The notes under the pieces were generated by a model that was not told where the DNA came from, did not search any database, and saw only the letters and a program-made list of their open reading frames with translations. Positions 60,892 to 64,000 of a DNA stretch of 64,000 nt are shown here, one piece after another. Each line of letters begins with the position of its first letter. The first letter of the stretch is position 1. The DNA comes from Anthoceros angustus (taxonomy: Eukaryota > Plantae > Anthocerotophyta), in the NCBI GenBank assembly GCA_010909165.1, contig MU008158.1:769478-833477 (forward strand). Direction: 5' to 3'. The position numbers and the translations under genes were made by a program.

Positions 60892-63800
60892 CCCCTCCTC
60901 CCCGGTTGCGGAGCAAGCTCTCGACCACCCCTAGGGCGTCTCGCGCACACCACCTCTGTCAATCGGACGTCTCCAACCAGCCACAGCGTGGGGATCTCAA
61001 CCAGAGTTGCTCGATGTGAGGCACAAGCCCCTTTATACAATTCTTTGGGCGTCATAGCCACCGGACTTTCAGTCCTAAAAGCGGTGAGCGAAGGCGCCCT
61101 ACAATTTCGGACGGCCTTAGGTCCAAGATGGCATCCTATCCAAAGTTCTATTCCTAGGATGCCACTACTCCCATGTTATCTCCGCACTCCCCTCCGATTT
61201 GGTCGCTGGCCCTTCGTCCTTTCTTTGCTGAATTTATGGGTCCTCCTTCCTCGTTCTTGATCTGGAAAATCCTCCCATAAACTCTCCTTTGTTTTCCATG
61301 ATCCCAAGTCCCGCTCCCTCACCAATCCTCCACCTCGGACCCTCCAATGGTCCATATTTGGCCATTAGGCGTCAATTCTGCAACCTTGGGTGCCATGCTC
61401 CTGCAAAACCCTCACTGCCCACAGCGCCTCAAATTGCTGATAACTCGCCTCAGAATCTCCAACTTGGTCAGTCCCCCCAGGGTTTCTTCCTTCCAGGAAT
61501 CGCGAGCTCCCCGCCGCCACGGGGCTGCCCTTCTGACCTCGTGCGAGCTCGTGCCTGGGATTATGGAGCTACCCCGCGCGCCTCGTGCCTTTCCGAGTTC
61601 CCTTAGGGTTATATTTCCCCGGAAACTCTACCGCCCTTCCGCTACCACTTCTTCTTCCGCGACCGCTCCTTCCTTCCACGACCGCCCAGTTCGCCAACCG
61701 TCTTGAAACATAGTCCCGCACCCTCGGCGACCACACAGTTCAACTACCGCGGTTGGTTCGACCTCTAGCCTACGGACCTCGCCAAATATGGGGACCCCCA
61801 TATATAGGCCTTTTATTAAATATTCCAAGACCAAAGGCCAAGGAGTATCGAGTTCATAGTCCAAGGACCGATTATTATTTAACCCGAAACAACCCAAAAC
61901 TCATAGGCCAAGGACACTTTCTACTATAAATATCCCTTCCTACTCATAACCTAGCTCTTCTTGACACCAAACTTAACAAAAAAACAAAAATCACTCAAAG
62001 ACACAATCCAACAGGAGTTTCCAATACGGATCGTTTACATACTCCCTTCTCATTTGTTGGCGCCCTCGCCAACTCATGTATATATTTCTTGACTCTCCAA
62101 CCGTTGACCTGGTTGGTAGTTGCCAATCTAGCTGTTGGGTATGGAGCCATTTGCGAAAACTTCAAGGACTTTATATGGCCCCATCCATGAAGGTGAAGCT
62201 TGCAGAAAGTGCATATATCTGTTGTCATATGGTAGGTCCAAGTCACGGTACCACCCACAACCTTTCTCTTCCGTCGGTCCCTCGATATAAGTCTGTGGCG
62301 GACAAATGGACTCGAATAATGCCGAGGCATCTTGTTGTTGCCTTGAAAGGTCAGGGGATGCTGCCCGATTCAGAACTCAAATATTTACGAATAAGTAGGC
62401 CTGGTGTATCCGGATCTCCCTTCTCATTCTTGCCGTACCACCATCACTTGCCGTCTTCCGATTACGCGGGCCGCTTCCCCTCCATCTCGCGAACAACGCT
62501 TCGCCGGGAGAACTTCCACATCCGTCCCACCACCTTCCACAATGCGTTCCACCTTCCACTACGCAGTAGTACCTTCCACACCGGTCGATCAGCTGTCACT
62601 CCATAACAACCCACGGTGATGGAGTGGGGAATGTCTCTTGATAGTCCGCTCTTCATCCGACCAAGAAATGTGGGCAAGCGGAACTTCTCTTTCTCATCCT
62701 CCTCCCCAAATGTGTCTTCTACAGAGGTATAACCATCTGTTTCCGTGGGCGTCTCTCCTGCGTACGTATCTCGACTCCAAGATAAACATATCCTCCCTTC
62801 CTTAACCTTGGGGTCCCAGTCCAGAGGTTTGAAGCCCACTTCCTTCCTTGCCCACTTGAAGGTACAGCGCGCCCCATACATCCACGTCCGGCCAATCAAA
62901 ACGTCATATCCAGGAGCTTTCTGTTTGATGACCACATAGTCCATAAGGTACGGAATGGTACCAATATGGGTTAGAACTCCAGTCAGCTCCCCCACCGGTG
63001 TCATCCTGGACATGTCCGCAAGACGCAGCACCTTGGATGTGTGTTCTATCTCCATTAACTTGTGTCCTCCGTCATGATGTTGACCCCGGACCCGAATCCA
63101 GGTACTTTCTTGATAACGCATCCGAGATTTCTATCTGCAGCTCCGGGACCTTGGTCACCATGGCCACCATGTTCACGGCAAGGGGCCTCGGCCTTGTTTT
63201 GGGAAGGTCGCCTCTTCTTGGGTTGTCTTGCCTTCAATGCCCACGGATCTGTGGCGGTACCTCGGATTGTCCACGAGCTGTCCAAATGTTATCATGAATT
63301 TTGGTCCATGATGGCCTCCGATTGAAAGGACATTGTGTTCTCCTTCTCGCTTGCTCCCCACTCCGTTTCAACAACCACGGTAGCTCCACAGTGTCGCGTT
63401 GAGCAGCCATGGCGGTTGGGTGGGTGGGTGGTGGTGGTGGTGGTGGTGGTCTCCGGTTCTCTCGGATCATCTCCATGACTTCCTTCGACATCGGCGGAAA
63501 CCCTAACTCATCCTTTTTTCCTTGGTTTTCGCGGATCGCGATTCGAGTTCACCCCCATCGGCTCCCTCCTTCTTCCTTCTTCCCTCTCCGCAATCCCTCG
63601 AGTTTGGACAAGACATATCCTCCCTTCCTTCTTCCCTCTCCGCAATCCCTCGAGTTTGGACAAGACATATCCTCCCTTCCTCCTCCTCCTCCTCCTCCTC
63701 TTCCTCGTAGCCAGTTGCACCTTGTTTGTGGTTGGACCTCTTCCTTCGCGATGAAGCGACTTCCTCCTCACCTCAGATATGGAGGCTCCCAATCTTCCTT

Positions 63801-64000
63801 CTTTCTTTTCTTCCCCGTTCTCCCCTTAGGGTGTCGCCTTCCTCCTCCGTGTTGAGCAGCCATGGCGAGTTTCATAATACCCACTATCCATGTCCTCCAA
63901 TCCCTCAAACTTCTCAACATGTTGGCCTCGGAATCCTCCCACACCGCCATGAGCGCATCTTGACTTGCATCACGTAGCTTTTTCTCCATGGGTGGGTGGG
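60024..64000 (-). mobile_element. Second tandem unit of the same Gypsy derivative sharing the central LTR; runs off the window
   Basis: 60024-63400 is collinear with 54356-57750, with many small indels. The region 63360-63800 is rearranged. Confidence 0.88.

Overview
This is eukaryotic nuclear DNA from a gene-dense plant genome with short GT-AG introns. A DYW:KP-type PPR gene points to a non-seed land plant (hornwort most likely, or a lycophyte or fern); this is an inference. Host genes: histone H4, a SCEP2/AT3G28370-like coiled-coil gene, an F-box protein, a DDX10/Dbp4 helicase, RBP45/47, a phosphoglycerate-mutase-like protein, an organelle-targeted LEA, RPS16, a two-domain DJ-1, an orphan 13-aa-repeat protein, and a frameshifted PLS-DYW:KP PPR. 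Transposon content: a CRE-like non-LTR remnant with a restriction-like endonuclease, a MULE-SWIM element with TIRs and an 11-bp TSD, copia fragments, a PIF/Harbinger remnant, and a tandem RT-less Ty3/Gypsy derivative. The most unusual item is a decayed, spliced tyrosine-recombinase gene of the Crypton/DUF3504 type at about 32.7-34.5 kb. All homology calls come from reading motifs by eye; no searches were run.
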